A stretch of 64,000 nt of DNA from Patescibacteria group bacterium (GCA_038062895.1 JBBTWJ010000003.1:114448-178447); one strand, 5' to 3'. Positions 46,858 through 56,639 are shown, numbered from the stretch's first letter. Numbers and translations are program-made. Notes: a model not told the origin generated them from the letters alone.

Positions 46858-48255
46858 ATGATCCTTCCAAGGGATGCACAATCCATCATTGATACCCTCA
46901 AAAAAGCAGGGTTTGAAGCGTATGCCGTAGGCGGATCAGTGCGGGATACAATCATGGGCAAACCCACAAAGGGATGGGACTATACAACGAATGCAACACC
47001 CGAAGAAATTCTTGCTCTCTTCCCGGATAGTTTTTATGACAACCAATTTGGAACGGTAGGCGTAAAAATTTACGAATCGCCTTCTGCTCGCCCGATTCCC
47101 GGAATCAAAAAGATAGATTCCGGGAATCTTACAGTTTCTGATATCTATGAAATTACAACGTACAGAAGCGAGAAGGGATACGCGGACCGCCGCCACCCGG
47201 ATACGGTTCGCTGGGGGGTAACCATTGAGGAAGATCTTGCGCGCCGCGACTTCACCATCAACGCAATTGCGTGGGACGGGAAACGACTCATCGATCCCTA
47301 CGGCGGACAAAAGGATATTACCGCAACAATCATCCGAGCAGTCGGAGATCCCAAGGAACGCTTCGCCGAAGATGCCCTCCGCATGATGCGGGCGGTCAGA
47401 CTGGCAGCGGAGCTCGGATTTAGCATCGACGAATCTACACTCGCGGGAATACAAGCTAATGCTCACCTTCTGGTCAATATATCTATGGAGCGCGTCCGCG
47501 ACGAACTCCTCAGGATTCTCGCCGCACAGTTCGCCTCTGATGCCATACTCGTGCTCAAGGCCACAGGCCTCCTCACCATAATTCTCCCGGAATTTGACGA
47601 GGCATTTGCAACTCCCCAAAAAAGCCCGAAGCGCCACCACATCTACGATGTGGGAACCCACTCCGTGATGGCCATGAAATACTGCCCATCAGCCGATCCG
47701 GTCGTAAAGCTTGCGACCCTCCTTCACGACATTGGGAAACCAAAAACGTTTCATAAAGACGAGACGGGACTCATCACGTTTTATAACCACGAAGTGGCGG
47801 GGACAAGAATGGTACGAAAGATTGTTGAACGCCTCCGTCTATCTAAAAAACAATCCGACCTGGTACTTACCCTCGTCCGGTGGCACCAGTTTAGTGTCGA
47901 CGAACGGCAAACCGATGCGGCCATACGGCGGTTCATCCGCCGCGTCGGAAAAGAAAATTTGGATGCGATGCTGGCTCTGCGTATCGGAGACCGGTTGGGC
48001 GGCGGAGCGCAGGAGACTTCCTGGCGGCTGGAACTTTATAAAAAACGACTCGTGGAAGTGCAAAAACAACCCTTTACGGTCCATGATCTTCTCGTCAACG
48101 GTCATGACGTGATGGCCGAACTTGGAGTGAAACCCGGACCGATCATCGGAACACTACTTGACCAATTGTTTGCCGAGGTCGAAGCAGGAACGCTGGTTAA
48201 CGAACGGGAAGCGTTGCTCACGCGAATGAGAGAGTTGAAATCTACGATCAACTAA
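46858..48255 (+). CDS. cca: CCA-adding tRNA nucleotidyltransferase (PolyA_pol head plus HD domain)
   Basis: GGSVRD nucleotidyltransferase motif, an RxxR tRNA-NT region and a C-terminal HD domain (HD...D). Confidence 0.85.
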   Translation: MILPRDAQSIIDTLKKAGFEAYAVGGSVRDTIMGKPTKGWDYTTNATPEEILALFPDSFYDNQFGTVGVKIYESPSARPIPGIKKIDSGNLTVSDIYEITTYRSEKGYADRRHPDTVRWGVTIEEDLARRDFTINAIAWDGKRLIDPYGGQKDITATIIRAVGDPKERFAEDALRMMRAVRLAAELGFSIDESTLAGIQANAHLLVNISMERVRDELLRILAAQFASDAILVLKATGLLTIILPEFDEAFATPQKSPKRHHIYDVGTHSVMAMKYCPSADPVVKLATLLHDIGKPKTFHKDETGLITFYNHEVAGTRMVRKIVERLRLSKKQSDLVLTLVRWHQFSVDERQTDAAIRRFIRRVGKENLDAMLALRIGDRLGGGAQETSWRLELYKKRLVEVQKQPFTVHDLLVNGHDVMAELGVKPGPIIGTLLDQLFAEVEAGTLVNEREALLTRMRELKSTIN

Positions 48256-48258
48256 AAC

Positions 48259-48296
48259 AACGGGAGATTACGGGAATATACGGGAAGTTAAGGGAG
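48259..48296. repeat. purine-rich repeat patch (ACGGGAGATTACGGGAATATACGGGAAGTTAAGGGAGA)
   Basis: Same family as 36322-36446; sits in the convergent cca/secF gap. Confidence 0.4.
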
Positions 48297-49172
48297 ACGT
48301 ATTTTTCTTTTCTCCCACCTATCCCACAAAATCAGGATCGGGGTGGCGACAAACGGCGATGAGTACGTACCCGAAACCGTCCCGATGAGGAGTGCCACGA
48401 CAAACCACCGAACCGACCCCCCTCCCATAAGGATGAGAGCCAAAAGCATGAACATGATAGTAAATGAATTTGTAAGCGACCGGCCCATTGTTTCGGTGAG
48501 TGCCCGGTCGGCAAGCTCATCAAACCGTGTCTTTTCATCTCTCCTTCGATATTCACGAATACGGTCAAACACCACGATCGTATCGTGAACCGAAAAGCTC
48601 ATGGTGGTCAGAAATGCCGTCACAAATAACGTATCAACTTCCACTCCCCGCAATACCCCTAAAAGTGAAAATACACCGAGAACCACCAAAAGGTCATGGA
48701 GGAGAGCAATAATAGCGGACACTCCGAACTTGATATTTTTGAAGGCATACGCGACATAGGCCAAAATACAAAAAATGGCAAGCACTGCAGCCACAACTGC
48801 TTTTCCCAAAAGTTCGCTTCCTAACACGGGACCGACCGTTTCGTTGCGCAAGATAGTCGCCGTACTACTGGATTCCCGTTCTACCATTTGTGAAAATCCG
48901 GCGACATTATCGCTTCCTTCGGGCTTGATACGCAGAAGATACGTATTGCTTCCGGAACTAAGAATACTCGCAATCGGTAGGTCCTGCTTTCGGGCAACAT
49001 CAGTCAAAATATTTTCCGGGACCGGCCGATCAAATGAAAACTCCAGAAGCGTCCCCCCAGTAAAATCGATAGATGGCCGAAGACCGTAACGGACGATCGA
49101 ATAAACGCCCGGCACAAGAATCAACCCTGAAATGAGGGCGTAGAGCCAAAGATATTTAGAAAATCTAATCAT
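48288..49172 (-). CDS. secF: protein translocase subunit SecF
   Basis: Six-TM SecF layout with conserved periplasmic-loop motifs. Confidence 0.9.
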   Translation of the reverse strand: MIRFSKYLWLYALISGLILVPGVYSIVRYGLRPSIDFTGGTLLEFSFDRPVPENILTDVARKQDLPIASILSSGSNTYLLRIKPEGSDNVAGFSQMVERESSSTATILRNETVGPVLGSELLGKAVVAAVLAIFCILAYVAYAFKNIKFGVSAIIALLHDLLVVLGVFSLLGVLRGVEVDTLFVTAFLTTMSFSVHDTIVVFDRIREYRRRDEKTRFDELADRALTETMGRSLTNSFTIMFMLLALILMGGGSVRWFVVALLIGTVSGTYSSPFVATPILILWDRWEKRKIRLP

Positions 49173-49180
49173 ATAGCATT

Positions 49181-49279
49181 AGGATATTCGAAAGTCGTTA
49201 TAACGAAATTTGAGATTCGTAATAGAAAGTCGAAATACGATTTTCGATAACGTATTTCTATTTTCGAAACAACGAATTT
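49181..49279. repeat. palindrome-rich intergenic element (second copy) between secF and secD
   Basis: Shares the blocks GATATTCGAAAGTCG, ATTCGTAATAGAAAGTCGAA, TTTCGATAACGTATTTC and TATTTTCGAAA with 24131-24253. Confidence 0.5.
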
Positions 49280-50656
49280 CTATTTTCCATTTATTGATTT
49301 CTCTCTATACAGCACTCTCACCAATGTCCTGGTAACAATAATACCGGTAAATAGTCCCACAATCACCCCAATAAATAAGGTGAGGGCAAAACCCCGCACC
49401 ATACCGGATGAGGGCAAAAATTGCCAGTTTCCGGGATTATAAAGGATGAGAGCCGTAAGGATCGTGGTAATGTTGGCATCCCTGATACTGTCCCACGCAC
49501 GCCCGAATGCCTGTTCCATCGCAATCCCCATGGGCTTCCCGCGCCGGCGCTCTTCTTTATACCGCTCAAATATAAGAATATTGCTGTCTACCGCCATGCC
49601 GATTGAAAGAATAAATCCCGCGATACCAGGAAGCGTCAGCGTCACCGGGATGATACGAAAGAGAGCAAATGTCACAAGTCCATACACCACAAGCGCAAGA
49701 TCCGCTAACAATCCAAGTTTCCCATATTGGGCAATCATAAAGATGGCAACAACAGAAAGACCGATGAGTCCCGCGCGTATGCTTTTGGTAACCGATGCCG
49801 CCCCAAGACTTGCCCCAATCGTGCGCTTCTCGACGACATTCACTGGTACCGGAAGAGCTCCGGCGGCAAGCTGGAGTGAAAGATTTTTCGCCTGATCGAC
49901 TGTGAATCCTCCCGTGATAACGGCTCTCCCATCGGTAATGGCAGTATTTACCCGCGGCCAGGTAAGCGGTTCATCATCCAGAAAAATAGCCAGACTGCGG
50001 TTGACGAGACGGGCTGTGGCCGAAGCAAACTTCGTGGCTCCCTCGCCGCTAAACTCAAGCGCCACTTGAGGAGCTCCCGTATCGCTTCCGAAATCAAGTT
50101 GGGCACTCTTCAAATCTTTGCCGGTGATGTGAACAGATGTCGTATTTGTGAGACTGGGTATCACGTATGCCGCTCCGGTCGCGGCTGCCGGATCAATAAA
50201 TTCCCGAAACTCAAGACTTGCCGTTTGTCCGATAAGGGCAACGGCCGACTCCACATCCGTCACTCCCGGAAGCTCGACGATAACCCGATAGGAATCTGAC
50301 GACTTGGACGTCTGTACGACCGGCTCACTGACCCCAAAAAAATTAACACGCCTATCGATAACTTGCCGGGAAGACTCTAATGCGTCATCCCGCTGCGAAA
50401 CAGGAATACCGGTCATATCTGCGTTAAGGACGATATGTGTCCCTCCGGAGAGATCCAAACCCAGATGCGTTTTGAACTGTTTCTGAATGTGAATATTAGC
50501 GGCATTAATGTTTATCTCCGGAGGGTTGATCGTGACATCAATGTGCTGACCAAAGAGCGTCTTCTGTATCCGAAAATTTTCCGGAAGATCAATAGCCGCA
50601 ACCACAATAGTCAGGAGGATTATGAAAAAAAATACCCGCTTGGGATTATGAAACAT
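49280..50656 (-). CDS. secD: protein translocase subunit SecD
   Basis: SecD periplasmic domain and a C-terminal six-TM bundle. Confidence 0.9.
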   Translation of the reverse strand: MFHNPKRVFFFIILLTIVVAAIDLPENFRIQKTLFGQHIDVTINPPEININAANIHIQKQFKTHLGLDLSGGTHIVLNADMTGIPVSQRDDALESSRQVIDRRVNFFGVSEPVVQTSKSSDSYRVIVELPGVTDVESAVALIGQTASLEFREFIDPAAATGAAYVIPSLTNTTSVHITGKDLKSAQLDFGSDTGAPQVALEFSGEGATKFASATARLVNRSLAIFLDDEPLTWPRVNTAITDGRAVITGGFTVDQAKNLSLQLAAGALPVPVNVVEKRTIGASLGAASVTKSIRAGLIGLSVVAIFMIAQYGKLGLLADLALVVYGLVTFALFRIIPVTLTLPGIAGFILSIGMAVDSNILIFERYKEERRRGKPMGIAMEQAFGRAWDSIRDANITTILTALILYNPGNWQFLPSSGMVRGFALTLFIGVIVGLFTGIIVTRTLVRVLYREKSINGK

Positions 50657-50680
50657 GTTGAATATTGTAACACGCGTGGA

Positions 50681-51274
50681 TTATAGTCCGTCAACGAGTT
50701 CTTCCTCATCTCCCACTACCATGACACGCGAACCGGTGAGAATGCCAATGACAAACGGATCACGACGGCGCTTGCGAAAAAGAAATTCTTCCTCCGTCAT
50801 CACGGTATAGTTAAGCTCACGTCCCCGCTTGGTTTCTTCGAGTTTAACAAGCTGCCCAAGCTCCGGAAGAACGACCGTGCCTACGACAAGAAGATCAACG
50901 TCATTTGAGCCCCGACTAGGCAAACCGCGCAGGAATCTGCCGGAGAGCATAACAAACTTGATCTTGCCCAATTTCGGCCGGTGTTTATAAATATCCCATC
51001 CGAGTCCATTAGTTTTTCCGATAAGCTCGATAAGCTCAAAATACAAAGGGTAATCTTTACGGAACATGTAAAAAAGACGGTTGGCACGGGCTTCCTTCGT
51101 CACCATGCCGGCTTTTTCCATGTGCGCGAGCTCCCGGCGCACGGCGTTGATCTCCTCATCAACCTTGCGCACGATATCCCGCACGTGAAAAATAGTACCC
51201 GGATGAGAAAGAAACAGGGACAACATCTTCACCCTGACTCTGGAGATAATTAAGTCTTCTAGTATCATATTCAC
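50681..51274 (-). CDS. winged-helix HTH fused to a minimal nucleotidyltransferase-fold domain
   Basis: N-terminal wHTH; C-terminal GSNDVDLLVVG (the GS-x-D-x-D motif of the Pol-beta superfamily). Confidence 0.55.
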   Translation of the reverse strand: MNMILEDLIISRVRVKMLSLFLSHPGTIFHVRDIVRKVDEEINAVRRELAHMEKAGMVTKEARANRLFYMFRKDYPLYFELIELIGKTNGLGWDIYKHRPKLGKIKFVMLSGRFLRGLPSRGSNDVDLLVVGTVVLPELGQLVKLEETKRGRELNYTVMTEEEFLFRKRRRDPFVIGILTGSRVMVVGDEEELVDGL

Positions 51275-51301
51275 TCCCTTCGGGGCAGAAGAAGAAATAC
51301 C

Positions 51302-52480
51302 TTATTTTTTAATCGGTGTTCCGATGGGCAACATTTCTATCCACAATTGACCACGATTGAGTTCAATTTCTTTTCCACCTGCGTCGTAAAACTTCATCCG
51401 TGCATTTCGCGTGGCTTTTTTCCAGGTAATAGGAATTTCCTTCCCATCCTGCCAGAGAAACCCCGTACCCGATCCAATATTTTCGTATAAAAGGTGCGCG
51501 TGTTGGTCAACCGGCCCGGTCTCTTTGGCAAACATAATAACGACCGCTTTTGCCGTCAACTGTTGTTTGGTTTCAAGATCCGTATGAGCCGCGCTACCGT
51601 TAAACCGTTTGTACATATTTGTGGCCGGATCGAAGTCCCATCGTACCCCGTACTCCTTTTCGTATCCTTTCCAGGCGACAAAACTTCCTGAAAATGAAGC
51701 ACTACGATCTCCCTCCTTCGCATCATCTTTAAACTTCCATGACTCAAAGGATTTATCCCATGTGACGCCCTTCGTATCCACGTTCGTCCAACCACGCTCG
51801 CTTGCCAACTTATAGAGCTTATCGGTAAAACAGACCATGGTATGTTCTGTCGCCACGGGATGATCCAAACGATCATAGTTCCTATAACACGTCGGGAAGG
51901 AAATGCCGAACTGATCCATATCTTTCACTTTCCATGTTTCGATCTGACACAATGCTTTCGCCCGCTCATCCACGGTGCCATCCTCGCAGCGTCCTGCACC
52001 ACCGACATGGTTGTAGAGAGCATCATACTCAAGAACCCACGGCAAGAAATACGTCCGTGCGCTTCGCACCGGCGCAAGCGTCACCGGAGCGGCTGCTGCC
52101 CCACAATAAAATACTCCCATGAACCGGGAAATGCCACCCTCTGCAACGGTTTCATACACAACATCCGCCGATGATAGTCCTGACTGGGGCCTGGCTTCTG
52201 CATGATTCTCGATCATGACGGCAAGTGGTCGACGCTTCTCCCACGTCTCCCGCTCGGGTTTGGTGAAATACATGCCATTAATCGGACACAACTCCGACTT
52301 AGGAAGACTCGGGTCAACCGCAAAATGACCTTGCGGTCCTTTGGATGCTGACTCTTGAGTGCTTGAATCCGCTTGCGCCCGGCTTCCCATCCATGAAAAA
52401 ATACCAAAGGAAAGACCGGTGGCGATCAGATACAATGCAAGACCAACAACGCTCATCATTAAGTATTTCTCTTTTTTCAT
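51302..52480 (-). CDS. DUF3048-domain protein (YerB-like) with an N-terminal anchor
   Basis: RPLAVMIENHAEARPQSGLSSADVVYETVAEGGISRF block. Confidence 0.65.
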   Translation of the reverse strand: MKKEKYLMMSVVGLALYLIATGLSFGIFSWMGSRAQADSSTQESASKGPQGHFAVDPSLPKSELCPINGMYFTKPERETWEKRRPLAVMIENHAEARPQSGLSSADVVYETVAEGGISRFMGVFYCGAAAAPVTLAPVRSARTYFLPWVLEYDALYNHVGGAGRCEDGTVDERAKALCQIETWKVKDMDQFGISFPTCYRNYDRLDHPVATEHTMVCFTDKLYKLASERGWTNVDTKGVTWDKSFESWKFKDDAKEGDRSASFSGSFVAWKGYEKEYGVRWDFDPATNMYKRFNGSAAHTDLETKQQLTAKAVVIMFAKETGPVDQHAHLLYENIGSGTGFLWQDGKEIPITWKKATRNARMKFYDAGGKEIELNRGQLWIEMLPIGTPIKK

Positions 52481-52959
52481 TTTTCTCCTATCGCCTGTTT
52501 GACGGCAGACAACTCCTCTTTGGATAATTCAATATCTTTGCCTTTTCCTTTCGTAATCTGTTTTACGTACCAGCGGTTACCGCTTCTGGCGTAGAGCGAG
52601 GTCATGACCACGCCATCGCTTTCGCCATCCAGAATCGCCATCGTAAAACTCTGCGATCCACCAGTATCAGAAAACGGGTTATACCGGACAATGCCGATTC
52701 GCTGTATATGACCCCTCCCGTCTACTTCCAACTGATCGACTGCTTTTTCTGCCCTTGTTGTACGAATTTTAAGACTTTGAAACTCTGTCAAAAGTCCGTC
52801 CAGAACCTGACTTAATGTCGTACCGCTCACTCCGCGTATAAGACGGTTATAATGGACTTGGAGCTTGGCAACAATATATGTTAACGCGCAAAATCCCAAT
52901 ATCAAGAGAGCTAATAATCCGATAATCAAACTTTCATTGAGCACCACTGTATTGATCAT
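52477..52959 (-). CDS. DUF4446-family membrane protein
   Basis: N-terminal TM segment plus the conserved RYNPFSDTGGSQSFTMAILD block. Confidence 0.6.
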   Translation of the reverse strand: MINTVVLNESLIIGLLALLILGFCALTYIVAKLQVHYNRLIRGVSGTTLSQVLDGLLTEFQSLKIRTTRAEKAVDQLEVDGRGHIQRIGIVRYNPFSDTGGSQSFTMAILDGESDGVVMTSLYARSGNRWYVKQITKGKGKDIELSKEELSAVKQAIGEK

Positions 52960-53074
52960 CTTACGATTACCGATAAAGAATTGTCAATCATGAATTGAAC
53001 CGACAAGTTGACAAAGTTACTTCGGCCGTGTTACGCTCGTGGACACTTGAGGCTAAATAGCTTTGATGACCATG

Positions 53075-53206
53075 CCAGGTAGTAGAAATTCGACCGCGTG
53101 CTGTGCACGCAAAAACTCCTGGCGATAACTGTACATAAAAAATCGGTAAGAAAAGACAACAAACGGCAATAATAAATACGGGAGTTGTCGAATTTTCACT
53201 ACCTGG
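53075..53206. repeat. inverted-repeat-bounded element, copy 4 (arms CCAGGTAGTAGAAATTCGAC / GTCGAATTTTCACTACCTGG)
   Basis: Right arm 1 nt from the ATG of the + strand ORF at 53208; left arm followed on the minus strand by C-ATG and a 6-codon ORF. Confidence 0.55.
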
Positions 53207-53207
53207 T

Positions 53208-53498
53208 ATGCCGAAAAAAACAAAGAAAGAAAAAATCATCGCCCAGTACCGCAGAAAACTCCAGGGGCTACACGAAACAGTCCCCGCGAGTACAGTATTG
53301 AAGCAGTCCACGAGACTAACACAAACTCCTTCCTCCTCTCCCTTCGTGTATCAGGCAAAGACAAACGATTCTCATGGCACCGTTACCGCTATACAACCCA
53401 TAGACCAGGCAATCCGAAAAGATTTAGTGAAAACACTTATGTTAGCGGCAATTGCAATCGGAGGAGAAATAGTGCTATCGGTGATGATGGGGAAATAG
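53208..53498 (+). CDS. hypothetical small protein with a C-terminal TM helix
   Basis: ORF; ATG abuts the inverted-repeat arm. Confidence 0.4.
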   Translation: MPKKTKKEKIIAQYRRKLQGLHETVPASTVLKQSTRLTQTPSSSPFVYQAKTNDSHGTVTAIQPIDQAIRKDLVKTLMLAAIAIGGEIVLSVMMGK

Positions 53499-53509
53499 GC
53501 TACGCAAGT

Positions 53510-53771
53510 CAAGTCCTGCCCGCCGCAACTTACCTTTCGCCGAAGTCAGATTTCTACTGCGGCTCAAGGAGCGTTTGCTTGGCGGGCCTAAGAAACACTA
53601 AACTCATTCATATTCGTTAAGTGGATTGATGAAAAAAAGAATATTGCCCGCCTACGTTTCCTTTGCGGCTTTTCAGTACTATTCGTACACGCCGCAAAGA
53701 GCACGTGAGCGGCGGGCTTAAGAAACACTAAACTCATTCACATTCGTTAAGTGTTTCTAAAGGAGGTGAAA
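53510..53771 (+). repeat. tandem duplication (two ~131-nt units) forming the leader of the small zinc-ribbon gene
   Basis: 43-nt near-identical blocks GGCGGGCYTAAGAAACACTAAACTCATTCAYATTCGTTAAGTG at 53583-53625 and 53714-53756; each unit also has a GCCCGCC ... GGCGGGC inverted pair. Confidence 0.5.
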
Positions 53772-53777
53772 TAAATT

Positions 53778-53921
53778 ATGGCAAGCATGTATTGTGTAAA
53801 ATGTCGCGCAAAGAGAGAAGATCCAGCTGCAGTAAAAGTCACCATGAAAAATGGTAAACCGGCAATGAAAGGAAAGTGTCCTGTGTGTGGAACCGGTATG
53901 TATAAAATCGGAGCAGCATAA
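53778..53921 (+). CDS. 47-aa zinc-ribbon protein (DUF5679-like)
   Basis: Not in the ORF track because it is under 60 aa; strong RBS AAAGGAGGTG; sequence MASMYCVKCRAKRED...GKCPVCGTGMYKIGAA with a CxxC ... CxxC pattern. Confidence 0.55.
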   Translation: MASMYCVKCRAKREDPAAVKVTMKNGKPAMKGKCPVCGTGMYKIGAA

Positions 53922-53940
53922 TATTTTTTGAACTATAAAG

Positions 53941-53974
53941 AAACTCCGTCCTTCCGGCGGGGTTTCTTTTTTTT
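53941..53974 (+). terminator. intrinsic terminator after the zinc-ribbon gene
   Basis: AAACTCCG-loop-CGGGGTTT followed by CTTTTTTTTT. Confidence 0.5.
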
Positions 53975-53980
53975 CAACCA

Positions 53981-55513
53981 CTAGACTACCCGTTCATGTC
54001 CCCTATATTGCAACGCTTCTGCAACATGCGCTGTAGCGATCATCCCATCCCCGAAAAGATCAGCAATGGTCCGGGCAATCTTCACGACCCGATAGTAACT
54101 CCGGGCACTAAGCCCGAGCTCTCCCACCGCACTACGCAAGAATGCCTGCACGTTGCCATCCAACGGACAGAGCTCTTTGACCATTCTGTTGGACATCTCT
54201 GCATTGGAGGCAATGGAGTACTTACTCAAACGCTTCGTTTGTCTGTTCCGTGCCGTCTGTACACGGGCACGAATGATGGCAGAAGATTCCGCTTGCCCGG
54301 GGCTATCAAACGTAAGCTTTTCCACTTTCACCGCCGGCACGTGCATCACAAGATCAATCCGGTCCATAATCGGACCGGAAATGCGCTTCTCGTAACGGCT
54401 CACTGTTCCGGGAAGGCATGTACAACGCTTCGTCTCACTTCCATGATTGCCGCATGGACAGGGATTAGCCGCTCCCACGAGCATGAACTTGGCCGGGTAC
54501 TGTACCGTACCGGCTGCCCGAGAAATGCTCACGATACCATCTTCCATGGGTTGACGCAGTGCCTCTAAAACATGCCGGGGAAACTCCGGAAACTCGTCCA
54601 AAAACAAAACCCCGCGGTGAGCAAGAGATATTTCTCCCGGCATGGGATGGGCGCCGCCGCCGATGAGCCCAATGCGAGACGTCGTGTGATGCGGTGCACG
54701 AAATGGCCGGAATTTGAAAACGGAGGTCCCTAAGGGAAGATTGCCGGTGACGGAATAAATCTTCGTCACCGCGAGCGCTTCCTCTTGGGTCATCGTCGGA
54801 AGAATGGAGGGAAGCGTACGCGCAAGAAGCGTCTTCCCCGCTCCCGGAGGCCCCTGCATAAATACATTATGCCCGCCGGCTGCAGCAATCTCCAGTCCCC
54901 TCTTGACGTATTCCTGACCGTGAATTTCTGCCATATCAAATTCAAAATTTTCCTCGTCGGTAAGAACGTCAAACGGAACATAAGGATGTGGAGTAATGGT
55001 GGCAAGGCCCATGAGGTGTTGAAAAAGAGCCATGAGTGATGGCGTGGGATACACATCCAATCCTTTTATGATGGCTGCTTCTTTCGCATCAATGACGGGC
55101 AAAAAAATAGCCCCTGATTGTTGTTCTTTCGCAAGAAGGCCAATGGAAAGGACGCCATTGGTGTGCCGAAGCGTCCCGTCAAGGGAAAGCTCACCCAAAT
55201 ACATACTATCCTGCGCAGGTTGTTTGATCTGTCCGGATGCGACGAGAATACCCAACGCAATAGGCAAATCATACGCGGGTCCGACTTTGGGTAAATCTGC
55301 GGGAGCCAAATTGACGGTGATTCTCTTAGCGGGAAACTCGGCGCCACTATTTTTAATGGCCGAGCGAACGCGTTCACGGCTTTCTTCTACTGCTTTATCC
55401 GGAAGGCCGACAATAGTAAACGAAGGAAGACCTTGAGAAGCAATATCCACCTCTACGATAACGGGCACAGCATCAAGCCCAACTACCGCCCCGGATAGTA
55501 CCTTCGCGAGCAT
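53981..55513 (-). CDS. comM: YifB/ComM-family Mg-chelatase-like AAA+ ATPase
   Basis: N-terminal Lon-protease-like domain, Walker A GPPGAGKT, and a C-terminal Mg-chelatase subunit ChlI-like region. Confidence 0.85.
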   Translation of the reverse strand: MLAKVLSGAVVGLDAVPVIVEVDIASQGLPSFTIVGLPDKAVEESRERVRSAIKNSGAEFPAKRITVNLAPADLPKVGPAYDLPIALGILVASGQIKQPAQDSMYLGELSLDGTLRHTNGVLSIGLLAKEQQSGAIFLPVIDAKEAAIIKGLDVYPTPSLMALFQHLMGLATITPHPYVPFDVLTDEENFEFDMAEIHGQEYVKRGLEIAAAGGHNVFMQGPPGAGKTLLARTLPSILPTMTQEEALAVTKIYSVTGNLPLGTSVFKFRPFRAPHHTTSRIGLIGGGAHPMPGEISLAHRGVLFLDEFPEFPRHVLEALRQPMEDGIVSISRAAGTVQYPAKFMLVGAANPCPCGNHGSETKRCTCLPGTVSRYEKRISGPIMDRIDLVMHVPAVKVEKLTFDSPGQAESSAIIRARVQTARNRQTKRLSKYSIASNAEMSNRMVKELCPLDGNVQAFLRSAVGELGLSARSYYRVVKIARTIADLFGDGMIATAHVAEALQYRGHERVV

Positions 55514-55529
55514 AGTGAGAAATCAGAAG

Positions 55530-55949
55530 TTACCAATCGCGGCCGCCGGAGTTATCTCCTCCCCGGAATCCACCACGATCTCCACCCCGGTGTCCACCTC
55601 CACCTCCACCACCGTATCCACCTCTATTTCCACCTCCACCACCGCCTCGGTATCCACCGCCACCGCCGCCGCCCTGATAGCCACCACCACCGGTCCGCGG
55701 CTCCATGGGTCTGGCTTCATTTACGATCACGGGACGACCGTCGAGCTGCTTGCCATTCCACATCTCTATCCCTTTGTTGGCTTCTTCCTGGGTCGCCATT
55801 TCCACGAATCCAAATCCTTTGGACCGTCCGGTCATGCGATCTATGATAACTTTGGCTGATACCACTGTTCCCGCCTGTGCAAACGCATCAGCAAGAGACT
55901 GATCCGTGATGTTATACGATAAACTACCGACGAATAATTTATTTGCCAT
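55530..55949 (-). CDS. RRM-type glycine-rich RNA-binding protein
   Basis: RNP2 LFVGSL and RNP1 KGFGFVEM plus a C-terminal GGG/RGG tail. Confidence 0.8.
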   Translation of the reverse strand: MANKLFVGSLSYNITDQSLADAFAQAGTVVSAKVIIDRMTGRSKGFGFVEMATQEEANKGIEMWNGKQLDGRPVIVNEARPMEPRTGGGGYQGGGGGGGYRGGGGGGNRGGYGGGGGGGHRGGDRGGFRGGDNSGGRDW

Positions 55950-56070
55950 AACTCTCCTTCTTAAATATATGCGGAACGCGCCTACGTCCCTATCTAAGCT
56001 GGTAGCATACCAGAAATGAACACGAACAGAAAGAGGCAGTTTTTTAGCGCCTTCATGATATAATCTCTAT

Positions 56071-56633
56071 TGCACATTGGTATCCGGACGCTCGCCCTCC
56101 ATAGCTTGCCATTCGCCTTACCTACTATTCGTAGCGCGGCTCATGGTGCGCTTATTGGCGGGAGGAAAGTCCAGACAGCAGAATGCAGGGGACTGCGCGC
56201 AAGCGCTGATCCCGCCTTAGGGCGGGACTGGTGATCCTGAGATGAAAATCAAAGGAAACGATTCCCGAACTGACGGGATGAGAGAGCCACAGAGACGATC
56301 ATCAACCTGTAGCCTGACGGCTATGGTCGATGGGTGAAACGCGTCCTCCTACGTTCCGCTTTGCGGAACTATGGCGGACAAAGGCAATCCCACCCGCTGC
56401 AACCGGCGAATACACCGCCACTACGACGCATTCCGGAACCCCCGCGACTTGCGGGGTGCGGTGTGAAGTTTACGGGCATCCCGCGTACCGGGATTAGCCA
56501 CGTTTGACGTGGCTTAAGAGAAATGAGCGACTAACCCGCCTGCGCGATAGAGCTACGGCGAGGTGAACCCGTCTTGGCGATAACGCTACGGCGAGATGAA
56601 ACAGAATCTGGCTTATGAGATGCCAGTGTGCAC
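56071..56633 (+). ncRNA. rnpB: RNase P RNA (bacterial type, expanded)
   Basis: P4 halves GGAGGAAAGTCCAGAC ... ACAGAATCTGGCTTA, GGGTGAAACG (CR-II), a 14-bp P1 (TGCACATTGGTATC / GATGCCAGTGTGCA) and an upstream TATAAT at 56059-56064; ends are approximate. Confidence 0.65.
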
Positions 56634-56639
56634 TAAAAA

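Noticed and set aside
55560-55700. GGT/GGC-rich nucleotide repeats
   Set aside because: They encode the glycine/RGG-rich tail of the RRM RNA-binding protein, not a noncoding repeat.
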